Origin: Hydrolagus colliei
Taxonomy: Eukaryota
Direction of reading: 5' to 3'
DNA: 64,000 bases
Assembly: GCA_035084275.1 (NCBI GenBank)
Contig: CM068747.1
Location: 1,798,001 to 1,862,000, forward strand
Shown here in pieces: positions 13,106-26,561 of this stretch (position 1 is its first letter; every line of letters begins with the position of its first letter). The notes beneath the pieces are model-generated. The model was not told the DNA's origin, ran no database searches, and worked only from the letters and a program-made list of their open reading frames with translations. A program made the position numbers and the translations under genes.

Positions 13106-14215
13106 CAGGTAGACCCCGCTTAACGAAGGGGTTAGGGACTTCGAAACTCTTCTTAAAGCCAGAATTTCATTAAGCATGTGGGAGGTCCCTACTGTGTTTC
13201 CATATGTGAACAAAAATCTGTTTCGTTCCCAGCAGTGCCTAGCGCTAACATTTGCGGTGTACCAGCGAAGGCATAAAGGGGTAGAACTGCTATTGAAGGC
13301 TGCAATACTTTAATTACAAGATGAAAAGATGAAAGAATAAAAGATGAAAATGTTTGTTTTGTTTACCTGAACAGTATTTTATTTAGTAATTTATTAACAT
13401 AATACAGTAACGAAACGAAAGTTTCCGTACTTCCCATAATTTAACCTTCATTAAATCCTGAATTTCTTCAGTTGTAAGCTTTCCAGGGCCTATTTCTCAT
13501 TTATGGAGATGTAGGTCTTCTCAGATAACTTCTTCCAATTAAGCCCTGTTTCATCGAAGTTGAAAATTTGTTGCGGTGTATAACCTCCCTCCTTAATGAT
13601 TTTTCTAACTTAATCTGGATAATGTTTGGCAGCAGCAAATCCGCACTAGCAGCTTCCCCACATATCTTGATAGAATGTAGCTTGTATCGCTTTCGAAAAC
13701 GATCAAGCCACCCGTTGCTAGCAGCAAAAGTCTCCGCTGGCTTTTTCTGAGTAGCGTCATGTGGTTGCCTAGCATCCTGCCGCTTAAACTTCTCTCGTAC
13801 TGTCCGTGCCTTCTCTTGGATTATACTAGCGGAGAGAGGGCGATGGCGTTCGTTCTGGTCTTCGATCCATCTTCATTTCCAACGTGATGGACTTCCTTTT
13901 CTTTGATGGGGTTGGCGATGTGGCTGATGGGGTTTAGGTGGCATACCGAAGTAGGTGTATGTAACTTCCTTGACTGAGACCGAGCGTGTGTTGCGGGGCG
14001 GCCGGGAGACAAGAAGCGCGCAAGATTTAAACTTTCGCTATAGCAAACGCAGCTTTCGCTAAGCGCATAGATGGTACAAATGGATGGTAAGCGCTCTGTG
14101 ATGCCGTCTGGCATGGAGGGCGCTATATTATTGTTGTTGTTGTTGTTGTACAAATACAAACCCTCGTTATAGTGAAGTTTTGGTTACCGGGCGTTCGGTA
14201 AGCGGGGTCTACATG
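13106..14215 (-). mobile_element. Tigger/pogo (Tc1-mariner) DNA transposon, internally deleted, transposase pseudogene
   Basis: TIRs CAGGTAGACCCCGCTTAACGAA and TTCGGTAAGCGGGGTCTACATG (2 mismatches in 22), TA on both flanks; minus strand about 13480-13825 reads IQEKAR...FAASNGWLDRFRKRY...GEAASAD / IIKEGGYTPQQIFNFDETGLNWKK with frameshift and stop. Confidence 0.92.
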
Positions 14216-17200
14216 TACCTGAATCGCTTAACTGTAGAATAGCTTCAGCTATACTAAAACCAAGAGTTTATTTCTTAGATGGAACACTAGGTGGAATATC
14301 CCACCCAGGGAATAAATAATAATAGTTGATGAACCCTTTACTAAATAACAGCAGTGCAACTCAATGTGAATGGATAACAGTCAACAGCGATTAAGAAATT
14401 TGAGAGCAAAAGTAGAGAATGGAAAATATGTTCAATTTAAACAAAGATAATTGTAAACAAAACAACATGTAGGATTTTGAAACTTGAGTTTGAGTGACTA
14501 TAACAACAAACAACAAATTGCATTTATTTCTATAGACTCTTACACTTCGGGAGGATGTCCCAAAGCACTGGACAGTAAACGTTTGTACCAAGCTGGGGTT
14601 GGAATCTAGAGGGGTGGAGGACACTGATGAACTGAGCTTCCCATTGAATCTCACAGTAATGTTCCCAAGGGACTTTGTTACTACCAACCAAACCATTTAT
14701 ACAAAAAAAAACGGCAAACATTAATCAGAGCTTAATGAGCATACTTGAAATTGATCAGCGGGGCTAGTTCAAAGTTGATTTTACTAAATCAATGCATCCA
14801 GCAACCATTACGTATCAACTGTCACTAACTAGGGATCACAGAAAAACATCCAGTTGAGAACCTTCACTTCAATTCAGCAGACCTCGTCTCCTGAAAGACA
14901 CAGTATGCTCCAGTCAGCATTTTAATTCATAAACATCTGGAGGCAAAGACATTCAAGCATCAATGCACATATCCAGAGTACCAGAATAAACCAGCTACAG
15001 ACACAATAATATAAATCATCTGTAGTATCACCATAATATAAATCATCTCCTAATTAACCATCTCACTGCTGTTTCTGGAAAAAGACCATTTTACACTTAT
15101 TTTTAGTGTTAATCTAATTCCTGGATTCTAGAAATAGTATGTTCAGTACTTTTGGTACATTAGTTTATTGAGAAATAATGTACTATTTTTACAGAGCTAT
15201 AATAATTGATGTATTATACAGCTATAATACTGAATTCCTGGAAGAATACAAAATCCAGGGGAGGAATGTTTGGTATTCAACACATTAGTTTTTACATGGC
15301 TGTGGATTATTATCAAATTTGGTTGATTTCTTACCCTTTTCATTTCTAGAAGTAAAATCCAATGATCCATCCTCAATAGAAAGTGAAAGATTCTCTTCTC
15401 TAACTATCAGTAAATTTAGATTTTGGTGGGCAAAAGCATTTGATTCTCAACTAATCAGTATATTTCCTGACCTTGGCAGTTTATGCTTGGAATAGAGTTT
15501 TCTAGTTTCCAAACTCACCTTGTCATGGCTGGTCACAGAGAATCAGATACACATGGAATAATAGACAGAGGATAAAAGATGATAATATTATTGATGAAGG
15601 AATTTGCTATTAATTGATTAAGCCATTTTTGAACTACACTATTTAAAAAATTGAAGAGAATAGTTTAGGATTACACTTCCACAATTTATTTTAAATTGAT
15701 TTTCACGTTATATCTCCTATATTTAATATTTACAGTAAGATCCAATCATAAATTGTTAATGGAAACACTATGAAATCCTCACAGGTAATGAATTATTATT
15801 CAAAACATTCTTTCTCAATATATATCTTTGATTTCAAATGCAAAATGTATTTGACTGCTATCCTCTGTGGACTATTTCATCATGTTCTCATGAACTGAAT
15901 CATGCTGCTTACTTTACAATATTTAGAATTGCTTGTATTTTATTAAAACTGTAGTGGACTTCATAAACTATTAAAATGAAAACATTAAGTTTGTAATGTT
16001 GTAACATTCAGATGCTCAGAGGTCACCATTTTAGATTGTTTCTCAAGACTAAAATTGGCATCTTAACCCCATTAAATTACCACTGTTTTAATTTTACTTA
16101 ATGATGCATGTATCATTATTTGATCTCCTAATTAATTTCTATCAAGGACAAAGATATGGTTAAGAACTATTAAAACAATGAAAAAATGTAATTTTAATTT
16201 GCCATAAACAAAATAACTTTTTTTACTACTTATGCTGACCTGGGCCAACAGTCCACTTTTGATTTCCAGTTTAAAGAAAATGGGGTGAAAAATACAATGA
16301 AATTAGCCTGTTACTGTACTAATGGGATCAGGTTGAAGTTCAAAGACTATTTAAACTTAAGACCAGCGTTTTGGGACTTCCTTCCGATGTGACTTCCCTC
16401 CTGCAAGGCGCTTTACAAATGCAATTGTGTTATTGTTGTTGTATCTAATGGCTGGATTCAAAATAATCTGACGAACTATTTTTCACATAAATGGTTCTCG
16501 AACCTTTATATGATAATGCAATAGATTTTTTTTAAAGTAAGCAATAGCATAGATATTTATAAACAAATGATGCACCAATAAACTCTCTTCATCACCTAAT
16601 TCTATAAAAATGCAGTCCATAGCAAAATGTCGAACATTACCCCTGCCCTCACATTGCTTCTCTCCTTTAATCACACTGACTGTTCAGTTGATAGAGCTTG
16701 ATTATTTAGTGCAAGACTTTTCAACTGCCTGACTTTCCTGTATTTTACTGTTCTTGGTGAAGGAGGCAGGAGCATCTGCACAAAAACAACAAATCCACAG
16801 AGTGCTGCATGCCCCTTTGATCCAAATGAAGGCCATAAATAAAACCATTATGGGAAAGAGAAAATCTGAGCTGATGTTAATTTGATATTAAGCTTCTAGC
16901 TTGAAATACTCTGGACCGAACAGTTTACAAAGAGCTCCAGTCAGAAGATCTATACACGATCCATGGATACAAAACATTATGAACACATTAGAGAAGTGTA
17001 TGGCAAAAAACAAAGACTAAAGAAATAATAATAGAAGAGATTCACAAATACAGAAGTAAAATATGTTTTTTCTAAATATATTTTTGTACAGTTTTTTTGT
17101 ACAGTTTTTTTGGGTGAAATCTAAGCACAGCTTCAACAGCAGGCAAAGCATTAAATGTAAGCATTTCCACTAGCATGGATAAGAACCCATTAACAGCAGT

Positions 17201-17869
17201 GGCCTGAATCAATTTGTCATTGATTTTCTATTGATTAAAAAAAACTGCATCATCTCGCACAAAAATCTGCGTGAGTAATTCCGATGAGTAAGGTTATTAC
17301 TAATAGATGTGGCAATTCATAGCCCTCCCCCCATTTCATCCTTTATATCAATAATAATCAGAATGACAAAATACCCTCTGCATTATAAAATCATTGTAGC
17401 ATACAATTTATGAGAAAATCACTTGATGGTTCCCTGTGAATGCATGAGGGAGGACCTTTCAATACACACACAAAAAAGTACACTACCATTGAAAAAACTA
17501 AATGTAAGCACTTACACAATCACTTTCACAGACCTCAATACCTCTTTCATATTTCACAGAGAAATATCAAAGGGCTCTGAATTGTCACATGCAGTCTTAT
17601 ACCGCAAGCACTGCCCTTGTAAAGCTGGAAAAGGTTACAGACATTCAGGAAGCATTAAGAGTTGTTTTAATCAAAGGTTATATGCTTCTCAGCCCCAGAT
17701 TTCTGTCCAACCGAATTTTGGTGTTCTTTGTACTGTGACTGCCAGAAGAAAAGCGTGTCTTTGAAAAAAAACAAGCAATATCAAGACGATAAAGGTAATC
17801 TATCAAGGTTTGAGCATAGTCCGTCCAAAAAAATAATAATAATAATCAATCCAAAAAACACACAATAAA

Positions 17870-18420
17870 AAAATTGGTCATTTCAATCCAGGACTGTTTG
17901 TGGGACGCTGCTGAACGCAATTGGCTGCCGCGATTTGCCCACAAATATACCAGTCAATTCACTTTACAGTATATTCTGTGAAGTGCTTTGGGACGTCGAT
18001 AAGATGTGAAAAGCGCTATCAAATGCAACGATTATTATTATTATTATTGTTAATCTACCATTTGTTATTTTCACTGGCTCAGCGGAAAAGTTAGGAGTCT
18101 CTTAATAATAATATATAATAATAATTGTTGCATTTTGATATAGCACTTTTCACGTCTTCCAGACATCTCAAAACACTTCACAGAATATACTATAAACTAA
18201 CTACATTTGTGGGCGACACGCGACAGCCAATTGCGCACAGCAGTGTCCCACAAACAGTCTTGGATTCAAAATCTTTATTTATTGTGTGTTTAACGTACTA
18301 TTATTAGGCATGTGGAGTAAGGAAACTTGCCCAAGGTTTCGCCCTGATCTTCCTGGATTTGAACACAGGTCTCACGCTTGTAAGGCAAGTGCTCTAACCA
18401 CTGGGCTACAGGAGCTCCTG
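17870..18420. mobile_element. Tail-to-tail SINE pair: 3' half (+) 17870-18048 and full copy (-) about 18105-18420
   Basis: Shared body and tail in opposite orientations about 55 bp apart; tRNA-like head at 18355-18416. Confidence 0.88.
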
Positions 18421-18892
18421 TTTTTGAAATCAACAACGATAAATCTTTGATATCATATACCACTCTCATTAAAAACATGCTTCCAAACTTGTAAAGATTA
18501 AATGATAAATCTTTAGCACATTTATTGATTTGTAGATATTTTCAAGGAAAAAAAGTATAACTAGTTGCTTAACATTCAGTTCCACGGCAATGTGTCTGAA
18601 TTTCACTACAAAATAGTTGCAATAGTGACATTCTAATTTCTTTCCTGCCAGATGCCAGGCTCTATTACAATTGAGGTTCTCACTGAGATAAAGTTGTTGC
18701 TGAACAATTTAAAACTGTATTGATTTTATCTTTAATTTCACAACATGTAGATATAGAACAATCTTGTAATGAACAGATAGATAAAACAAGGTAAGAAAAC
18801 TCATAATATTAAACTGCACGTTCTTTAAATAAAAGCAACACAGATAAATTGCGCCTTATTTTTGATTACAGCAAATGTATTGTAAACACTAC

Positions 18893-19173
18893 CGTCCTGC
18901 ATCTCAATGTTTAGAGCACGTCCCTTGCAAGAGAGCCCTTGATTTGAATTGTAGCAGCATGAAACCATGGGCAAGTTTCCTTACTCCATGTGCCTGATAA
19001 TAATACCTCAATAATCAATAAATCATTAAATAATAAATTGGTCATTCAATCCACAACTGGTTGTAGGACAAAGCTGTGCGCATTTGGCTGCCGCATTTCA
19101 CCCACACTTTACAGTTTATTCTGCGACGTATTTTGAGACATCTAGACGTGAAAAGCGCTATATCAAGTGCAAG
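18893..19173 (+). mobile_element. Diverged tRNA-derived SINE
   Basis: Degenerate head, gggcaagtttccttactcc linker, tail. Confidence 0.8.
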
Positions 19174-20879
19174 CAAAGGTTTACATTTGGGAGAGCCTGA
19201 GAACATGGTCTGAGGCAAAGAAGTCCTAGTTTTGCAATTTTTCAGTGTTGTACTGTACCATGTAGGGTATTCTTTAATACAATGTCTGTTGGATTAGGTG
19301 TCGGTGCTAATATAGCGATGCTATGTACTGTGCTTGAGTAACCGGATTTTGTTTTTTGACAACAACAATGGAGGAGTGGGAAAACTGGACATTATGTTGT
19401 ACCTCGCCCAGTCCTATACTAGAGGTGGCACTTAGAATATCTTAAAAAGTAGCCTCTTTGCAAACCTTGTTTTTACAAATAATTGAGAAAGTTTCTAGGT
19501 TAAGAAGTTTTTCTACCCTCCTATGAGCCAAGAGTAACAAACAAATACCATTCGAAGATAGTTGTTTTTGATTGGTACTGTTCAGCATTGCTGAGGTAAG
19601 TTTGCCTAACTTAACTCATTTCTGACTTTGTCTGACACTCAGTACAAAGGGAACATATCATTGAGTTTACATTACTGCCATCCAAGCCTTGTGCATGTAC
19701 AAAGCTCCATGAGATTGTGAGATTTGCAAGAAAAAAAGATGGTATATTGATATCTATTTGCAAGGCAATTTAAAAAATTTATTTCATGATTGTTTAGTTA
19801 CAACCGTACTCCACCATCTATCCAGATATAAAAGCTAAAATAATATCTACAGTATATCTCCTGACATGAAAGAAACTATATAGATGCAATATGTTGTTGT
19901 TGTTCTCTTCATACAAGGAAGAAACATTTAAACATGCTGTTGAGTTTGCAGCAGGTGCAGAGATAACCAATTTCCCCATGAATAAATCAATTTACATGTA
20001 AAATATCAGAATCAGGAATCAGGAAAATATCAGAATTAAATCATCAGCCATCTGTGAATGCTAATGCTCAAGACTCATCAATCATCCTGTCAGATAACTT
20101 AGAAAGTGAATTTGGGCAGACATAACACAGACCCCTGAGACTCCCAACATATTCCCAAAGGAGAAAAAAATGTATGAGACAAGTACAACAGTACCACAGT
20201 TTGATGCATTGGAATTCCTTCTTATGGTTTAAAAGTAGTTGATACATGAAAGCAAACACATTCGGAAACCCTGACTAACAGTATTTTATTGGAGATAGAT
20301 TGGCCTTGTAACAAAACAATAACAACAACAACAAAATTACATTTCTGGAGCGCCTTTCACGTCGGGACAACTGCATTCAACCATCCATAAATCATACATT
20401 TACTGTAATTTAACAATATCTGTACTAAATCATTGGCTCAATTTTTTCTTTTGAAATACACCTGAAATGAATGGGAAGTACATTGTAAAAACACAGTTGA
20501 ATTCTGATAGACAAAGAAAATTCCTCCTGGTAAAAAAAAATGTTTTGTTTCCAAATTTGAATGGGTAACTCATGAGGAACCAAGATAGCGGTAAGTTATA
20601 TTGCAGTCAGCATCACTGGAAACAAAAATCAGATTTCACAGGAAAGCAAAGTCAATGTGCAGTTCAGTTTTTTAAAAAAAAACAAAGCAGTTGATATCAT
20701 GACCATATTTCAGTAACACTGCAACTGTACAATCGTGGAAAATACTTATGAAAGTTATCAGCCACATAATGTGACAAACAGAACCTGGAAAAATAATGAC
20801 TAACACAAAACTGATCTCAAAACAACAATAGTTGCCCCAGGTAGGGGCAATGCTGACGTCAGTGGTGGTAAAGATGTTC

Positions 20880-21184
20880 AAGTCATGATCTTAAAGAGGG
20901 GAAGGAGGGGGCAAGGTGGAGGGATTAGGGGAGAGAGCTACAAAGCTTCTGGGTCTAGTGGTTGAAAGCACGACCGATGACAGTGGAATGGAGGGGACGA
21001 GGAACAAGGAAGAGGCCAGAGCCAGCCGATCTGAGGCAGCAGTAAAAAGATGTATGAGTTCTGGATGAAGCCTGAAATTTAGACCATGATGAATCAGTCA
21101 TCTTGGTCGTAGGTTCAGCGCTTTGGGACGTCCTCTGGACGTGAAAGGCGCTATATAAGTGCAATTTTGTTGTTGTTGTTGTTG
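20880..21184. mobile_element. L2 fragment (-) followed by L2 tail (+)
   Basis: LRSAGSGLFLVPR...IGRAF on minus; agcgctttgggacgtcctctggacgtgaaaggcgctatataagtgcaattt(tgt)n at about 21117-21184. Confidence 0.7.
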
Positions 21185-21659
21185 AAAATTTATCCAAGCA
21201 AAATGAATAACACTAAATGCATAATATCGCTGAATTTTAAAACATTTTGACGCATGACCTTCAAAGGTCATGCACTCAACTATTCCCCAGGAAGTATCTA
21301 TAACATGCATCAAGGGACGGGTTGTTAAAGTCTGATTCCATAATATTAACCTTCTTTTCACTACTGACTTTTCTACTCATGCAATGTTAACCCAGAACAG
21401 ATTAAATCAAGGAAATGTTTCGGTGATCATTTAGTCAATAAATTGAGTTGTAATCATCTCAAAGTATCTCAATAAATAATGACGGTAGTTGCCAGCAATG
21501 TTCTGAGGTACACTGATCTGGGTTTCAGGACAAGCACAGATTAAGACTTGTGTTTTAGAATGGCTCAACATGCTCAACAAGTAATGTCTTGAAATAATTA
21601 CAAGAATCTACATTTTCTGAATGGGTGGATAATCAGAGTCAAGCTCTATAAAGGTATGT

Positions 21660-21740
21660 CTAAAACCTGAAATCTCAGCCCAATAATAGAAAGAAAAGTC
21701 ACTGGGAACATTCAGCAGGTCAGGCAGCATCTATGGAATG
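21660..21740 (-). mobile_element. Degenerate fragment of the same Penelope-type repeat
   Basis: Shares ctgggaa.attcagcaggtcaggcagcatctatgga with the 52.6 and 52.9 kb copies. Confidence 0.5.
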
Positions 21741-21789
21741 AGGAATATAATAATGCCTGCATTTGATAGGGGTAGGAAGGTACAGAGAG

Positions 21790-22136
21790 CTTCCAAGCCC
21801 TCCATGGCCATGCTCCTTCCTATCTCTGTGACCTGCTTTCACGGTATTGCCTTGTCCACTTCCTCTATTCAGCAGGCTCCGGCCTGCTCCACATCCCCCG
21901 CCCGGCCCGGCCCCACCATCGAAGGTCAGGTCTTCAGCCTCTCAAGGCATGTCTCCAGAACCCCCTTTGACCTCACCTTCAGTCACCCTCCCACCCCTAA
22001 ACTCCTTGCCTGCCATCCTTCCTAATCCCAACCCCCGCTCTGGTCCAAATCCACGATTGTCCAGCGCATTGGGATGTCCTCCTGATGTGAAAGGCGCTAT
22101 TCATATGTAATTTGTTGTTTTTGTTGTTGTTGTTGC
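21790..22136 (+). mobile_element. L2 3' fragment with (GTT)n tail
   Basis: aagccctccatggcc..., cccaccatcgaagg, agcgcattgggatgtcctcctgatgtgaaaggcgctat. Confidence 0.75.
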
Positions 22137-22392
22137 CCTTCATGTGGGAAGGACGTCTCTGTATTTTATAAGTGAATGTGGCAGCCAATTTGCACACAGT
22201 CGTGCCACAAACAGCCATGAAAAGAATGATAAATTTTTATGGGAGATTGTTGGCCAAAACACTGTCTGCCAAGGAACAATGCATTATATATTGCAGGTTA
22301 CAAGAATTTAGTATTTGCTTAAAGCCATTTTTTAATGGTGTATGTCAATGTCACTTAGTATGAGAAAGAATGGACAATTGATATCAACAGTG

Positions 22393-22512
22393 CAAGAGAC
22401 CAGGGTTCAATTCCCAGCAGGAAACTTACCCAAGATTTTGCCCTGCTGGGAATTGAACACTGGTCTCTCGCTTGCAAGTTAAGTGCTCTAACAACTGAGC
22501 TAAAGGACTCCA
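22393..22512 (-). mobile_element. SINE head with fold-back inverted duplication
   Basis: Minus-strand head from 22511; 22395-22421 is the reverse complement of 22442-22468. Confidence 0.85.
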
Positions 22513-22667
22513 CTGTAAGTGTATGTCAGTAGTTCTATTCATATGTAATAGAGTCTGCTTTACATTTTGTAAATGGAATTGAGTTTATATCAATGAAACA
22601 TTGGAACTATTTTCTAATGGTTATCTCGTCACATAGCATTCCCTTTTATTACAAGTCAACAACAGTA

Positions 22668-22890
22668 CATAAGAACATAAGAATTATGAGCAGGAGTAGG
22701 CCATTCGGCCCTTCAAGCCTGCTCCGCCATTCAATAAGATCATGGCTGATCTTCTCACCTAACTCTGATTACCCATATCCCCTAATCCCTCTATTTTTCA
22801 AAAATCTATCAGTCTCAGCCTTGAAAATGTTCAAGGACTGAGCATCTACAGGCCTTCTGGGCCTGTAGATTCTACCCTTGAGTGAAGAAA
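22668..22890 (-). mobile_element. CR1-clade LINE 3' end
   Basis: Minus strand gatcagccatgatcttattgaatggcggagcaggcttgaagggccgaatggcctactcctgctc followed by (TTCTTATG)2. Confidence 0.8.
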
Positions 22891-24270
22891 TGGGATAAAG
22901 TAACAGCTTTATGTGAAGTGAAAAAACAATAAATTCAACTATACACAACAGTTTAATTTAAATATGAGGGATTGTCAATATTGATTTGTTAGAGATTTGG
23001 TAAATCAAAGAATATGTTGAATATTTTGCTTTGTAAAGTTTTTAGTTTGAACTGAAATAAACTACATAATTTGCCATAAAGATCACCATTCTGGGGCTGT
23101 TTCCAGCAGTGCAGGAACAGGAAGGATTAATAAAAGTCTAATTGAAGAAATAAATTATGTACTTAATTAATAACTGAAGGTTTCCACAAATCCAAGACAA
23201 ACTTGAGTACTGTTCCTTATGAACTACACAATAAACAAGCAAACCAGGTCTTAACAATAGCCAACAGCAGATTCAGCATCATTCAATTACTTACAATGTA
23301 CAATATAGGGTACATGAATTTGAATAGTGCAAGATATTCATTGTAACCTTTTTTTACTGCATCTGTATCCTACTGCAATAATATTAGCCTTACATTTTGC
23401 ACATCACAACACATACATAAAATCCAAAGAAAAATTAAGCAGGGCAGGTTTATATTTTGTCTTATAATATGTTAAAGAAAAAGCATACATTTTCACTATA
23501 CAAGGCCATTATCTCTTCCAATCTCTCTTTTAAAACAACTGACAGATCAGCTTGAATGAAGGCCCTCCAGCCCATTTGATCTCATTCTTCCAGATTACCC
23601 ACCCAACTGTTTTCTCATCTAGGCATCAAGCTGTTTTTCTAAAATAAGACCAGCAACCCAGGTGATAATTAACATCTGGGTAAAGTCATTTCCCATTGCA
23701 ATGCTAATCCAGTGTCCTCTTGTTCTCCTGTCTTGACACATCCAAATGTATTATTCCGGCTTTAGTTTTTCAATCTGATTTAATATGTTATATATCTCTA
23801 TTAATTCCTCTCTGAGACTTTTACTTTCAATACTGAAGAGCCTTGTCTAATCGTACCTCAGACCTCAATGCTCTAACATTTTTGTTAAATCACAGTTGTT
23901 GTTCCCCTCTGCTTGAGCAGCCCTCTATGTTGCCACACTCACAAATGTACATACTACACTAAATGTGTTCTAACCAAAATACTATATTAGTTTTAGTTCA
24001 TCATCCACGGACATGAATATAGCCTAGAATTCTATTTGTACTATGCATTACAACAACAACAACTTTGATTTATATAGCTCCCTCCACGCCGGATGGCGTC
24101 TCAGAGCGCTTCACAATAGCGGATCCCGGGATCCTGCTTCAAGTATTACTGCCTCACTCTGTTTTGACATAATACCATGAAATAGCCATGAAAGATTTCC
24201 AAGATACCTTTCAACTTCTACCTTTGCAAGTTGACATGAACATCAATTTCTTACCATAATAATAGTAATC

Positions 24271-24330
24271 CTTTTGATATAGCACTTTTCCTTTTGATAT
24301 AGCACTTTTCCTTTTGATATAGCGCTTTTC
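24271..24330. repeat. 20-bp tandem repeat x3 inside a SINE tail
   Basis: CTTTTGATATAGC(A/G)CTTTTC three times. Confidence 0.95.
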
Positions 24331-25744
24331 TTGTCTTCTAGAAGTCTCCAAGCGCTTCACAGAATATACTGTAAAGTTAATTGACTGTATATTTGTGGGT
24401 GATATACCCTCCATTTATATGAAGTAAACTTAATTTACCAGTTACCAGCCCACATGCATACCCTAACCCGTTTAGAAGCAAATTGGTCATTCACCTTCAT
24501 GGCTATTTGTAGGATATTGCCATGCACAAATTGGCTGTTGCACTGCTTACTAAATACAATCACTACACCTTATAATAAATCAATCAATCCCATTAATTGC
24601 TTTGACTTGTCTTGTGAAAGGCACTGTATCAAATTATTGTTATTTGTTAAAGCTTTGCTGCTTCCTATGATAAGTTCCCAATTTTGAATAATAATGCAGC
24701 ATAAGGTATAAGTTTGCAAATTAACCACCTTATACTGTGCCTGGAAATTCAGCTCCTGGCTAACGAACAATATTTCACCAAACAGCTGTTCCAAAGATAC
24801 CTGCAGATTAACATTTTATAAAAGCAAAATAAAAAATGAATTTCCACAGGGAAGTGTATACATTAGGGAACACCAAAGCATGGCACCATTTTCATTGTTA
24901 ATTAAATAAGTGAAAATTATGAAAATCTAAATTGGTTCAAGGGATTGTACCCTGGTGGTATTCAATATCTGCCACCCATTCTTTAAAATGCAATGTTGGT
25001 GGAGATGTACAATTATAATAAAATTAAGGTTTTGGGGGGGATTTACAATTGCACCTTCTGTCCAGGTAATTAAAGCTAAATTGTAAATATTTAAATATGA
25101 AATAGCCTAGTTTTAAAAGTTAAAATGCAAATCAATTTAAAATTTCAGCAATTCAAAATGGCAACAAAAATACAAATATTTGTTGCCTTTTTTCAAATCT
25201 ACGTTATTTATTTCTAAGTGTATCTTATCTCACAAAATCAGATGCTAGAAAATGAAATAGTACAAAGAAGCGCAGCACATCTTTATTTTTCTAAACCTTG
25301 ATTAAATCATATTGCATGAAGAGAGAAAATGCATTTGCATAATTTAGAGCTAAGCACATCATTGGCTCTGGAATCGATAGTATGATCAAGGAGGCACTGC
25401 TTGAAATGGCAGCGGGTATAATTATACTGTGAAAGTGATAATATGTTTATAGATCAGCAGATTACAGTACAATAAAAATTAAATTCACAATGAATTCCAG
25501 TCATGGGTTTTTGGATGACTAACCACAGAATTAATATCACAAGGATTAATATCACAAGCCTCAAGATAGAATAAAATATCTAAAGTATATTTCAGCTGAG
25601 TATCCCCCTTAGCTACTTTGCGTTGAAGGAGAGAAACATGAACGTATGTTATATCAGACGTGGCTTAAATCATGGGATATCAATATACAGTATAAATATT
25701 GTAAGCAACTCACTCTTAATTTTTCAACACCTTCCACAGAAGTC

Positions 25745-26012
25745 GCTTTAGATCCTCCACTCCACCATCGGTGGCCATGCTTTCAGTCACTATGACCCAA
25801 ATCTCTGGAACTCCCTCCCTCAATCCCTCAGCCTCATCCGCTCCTTTTCCATTTTCAGGTCACGTCTGAAGAACTTTCTGCTTGACCGGGCCTATGGTCA
25901 CCTTATCCCTCTCCCTGGCTCAGCCTTGGGCTCTGCTATTTGTGAAGTGCGCTGAAACGCAGTCTGGCATGGAGGGTATTACCTGTATATAAATCCAAGT
26001 TTTTGTTGTTGT
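25745..26012 (+). mobile_element. L2 3' fragment
   Basis: ctccaccatcggtggccatgctttcag...ctctggaactccctccctcaatccct... and TTG tail. Confidence 0.7.
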
Positions 26013-26201
26013 AGAAACTGCATATTTATTTAAGCATGAGTGAGACTGTAGGATGTGGAGAAGTATTGCATAGCAGCTTCCTCAATAGTTTGTACGCCCT
26101 GTTCAGCTGCTGTTTCGCAAGGAATACCTGATGGGACCATTTTCTATGATTTATACTGGCAGCTAAAAATGAGTTCAAAACAAGGTAGTGAGTTCCCAAA
26201 T

Positions 26202-26561
26202 GGAGCCCTGTAACTCAGTGATTGGAGCCACTCACCTTGTAAGCGAGAAACCTAGATTTGATTCCCAGCAGGGCAAAATATTGGTTTCCTTACTCCACAA
26301 ACCTCTGTTTACCTAGCAGTAAGTAGGACTAGTAGGTTGTTAGTCGATCAGAGGATCACTTTTTCAAGGGTAAGAAGTCCTTGGAAAAAATAATAAATTG
26401 GTCACTCAATCCACGACTAATTGTTGGACACTGTTGTGCGCAGTTGGCTGCTGCATTTCACCCACAAAACAGTTAATTCACTTTACAGTATATTCTGTGA
26501 AGTGCTTTGAGACATCTCAAAGATTTGATAAGGCTCTATATCAAATGTAAGGATTATTATT
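26202..26561 (+). mobile_element. Full-length tRNA-derived SINE (longer variant)
   Basis: ggagccctgtaactcagtga head, internal segment as in 6778-7150, tail. Confidence 0.88.

Noticed and set aside
13821-14159. 112-aa ORF inside the Tigger element
   Set aside because: Starts in a (CAA)n retro-tail and shows no transposase motifs; the real remnant is the broken frame at about 13480-13825.
24271-24330. Short direct repeats superficially like a CRISPR array
   Set aside because: No spacers, eukaryotic context; slippage duplication within a SINE tail.
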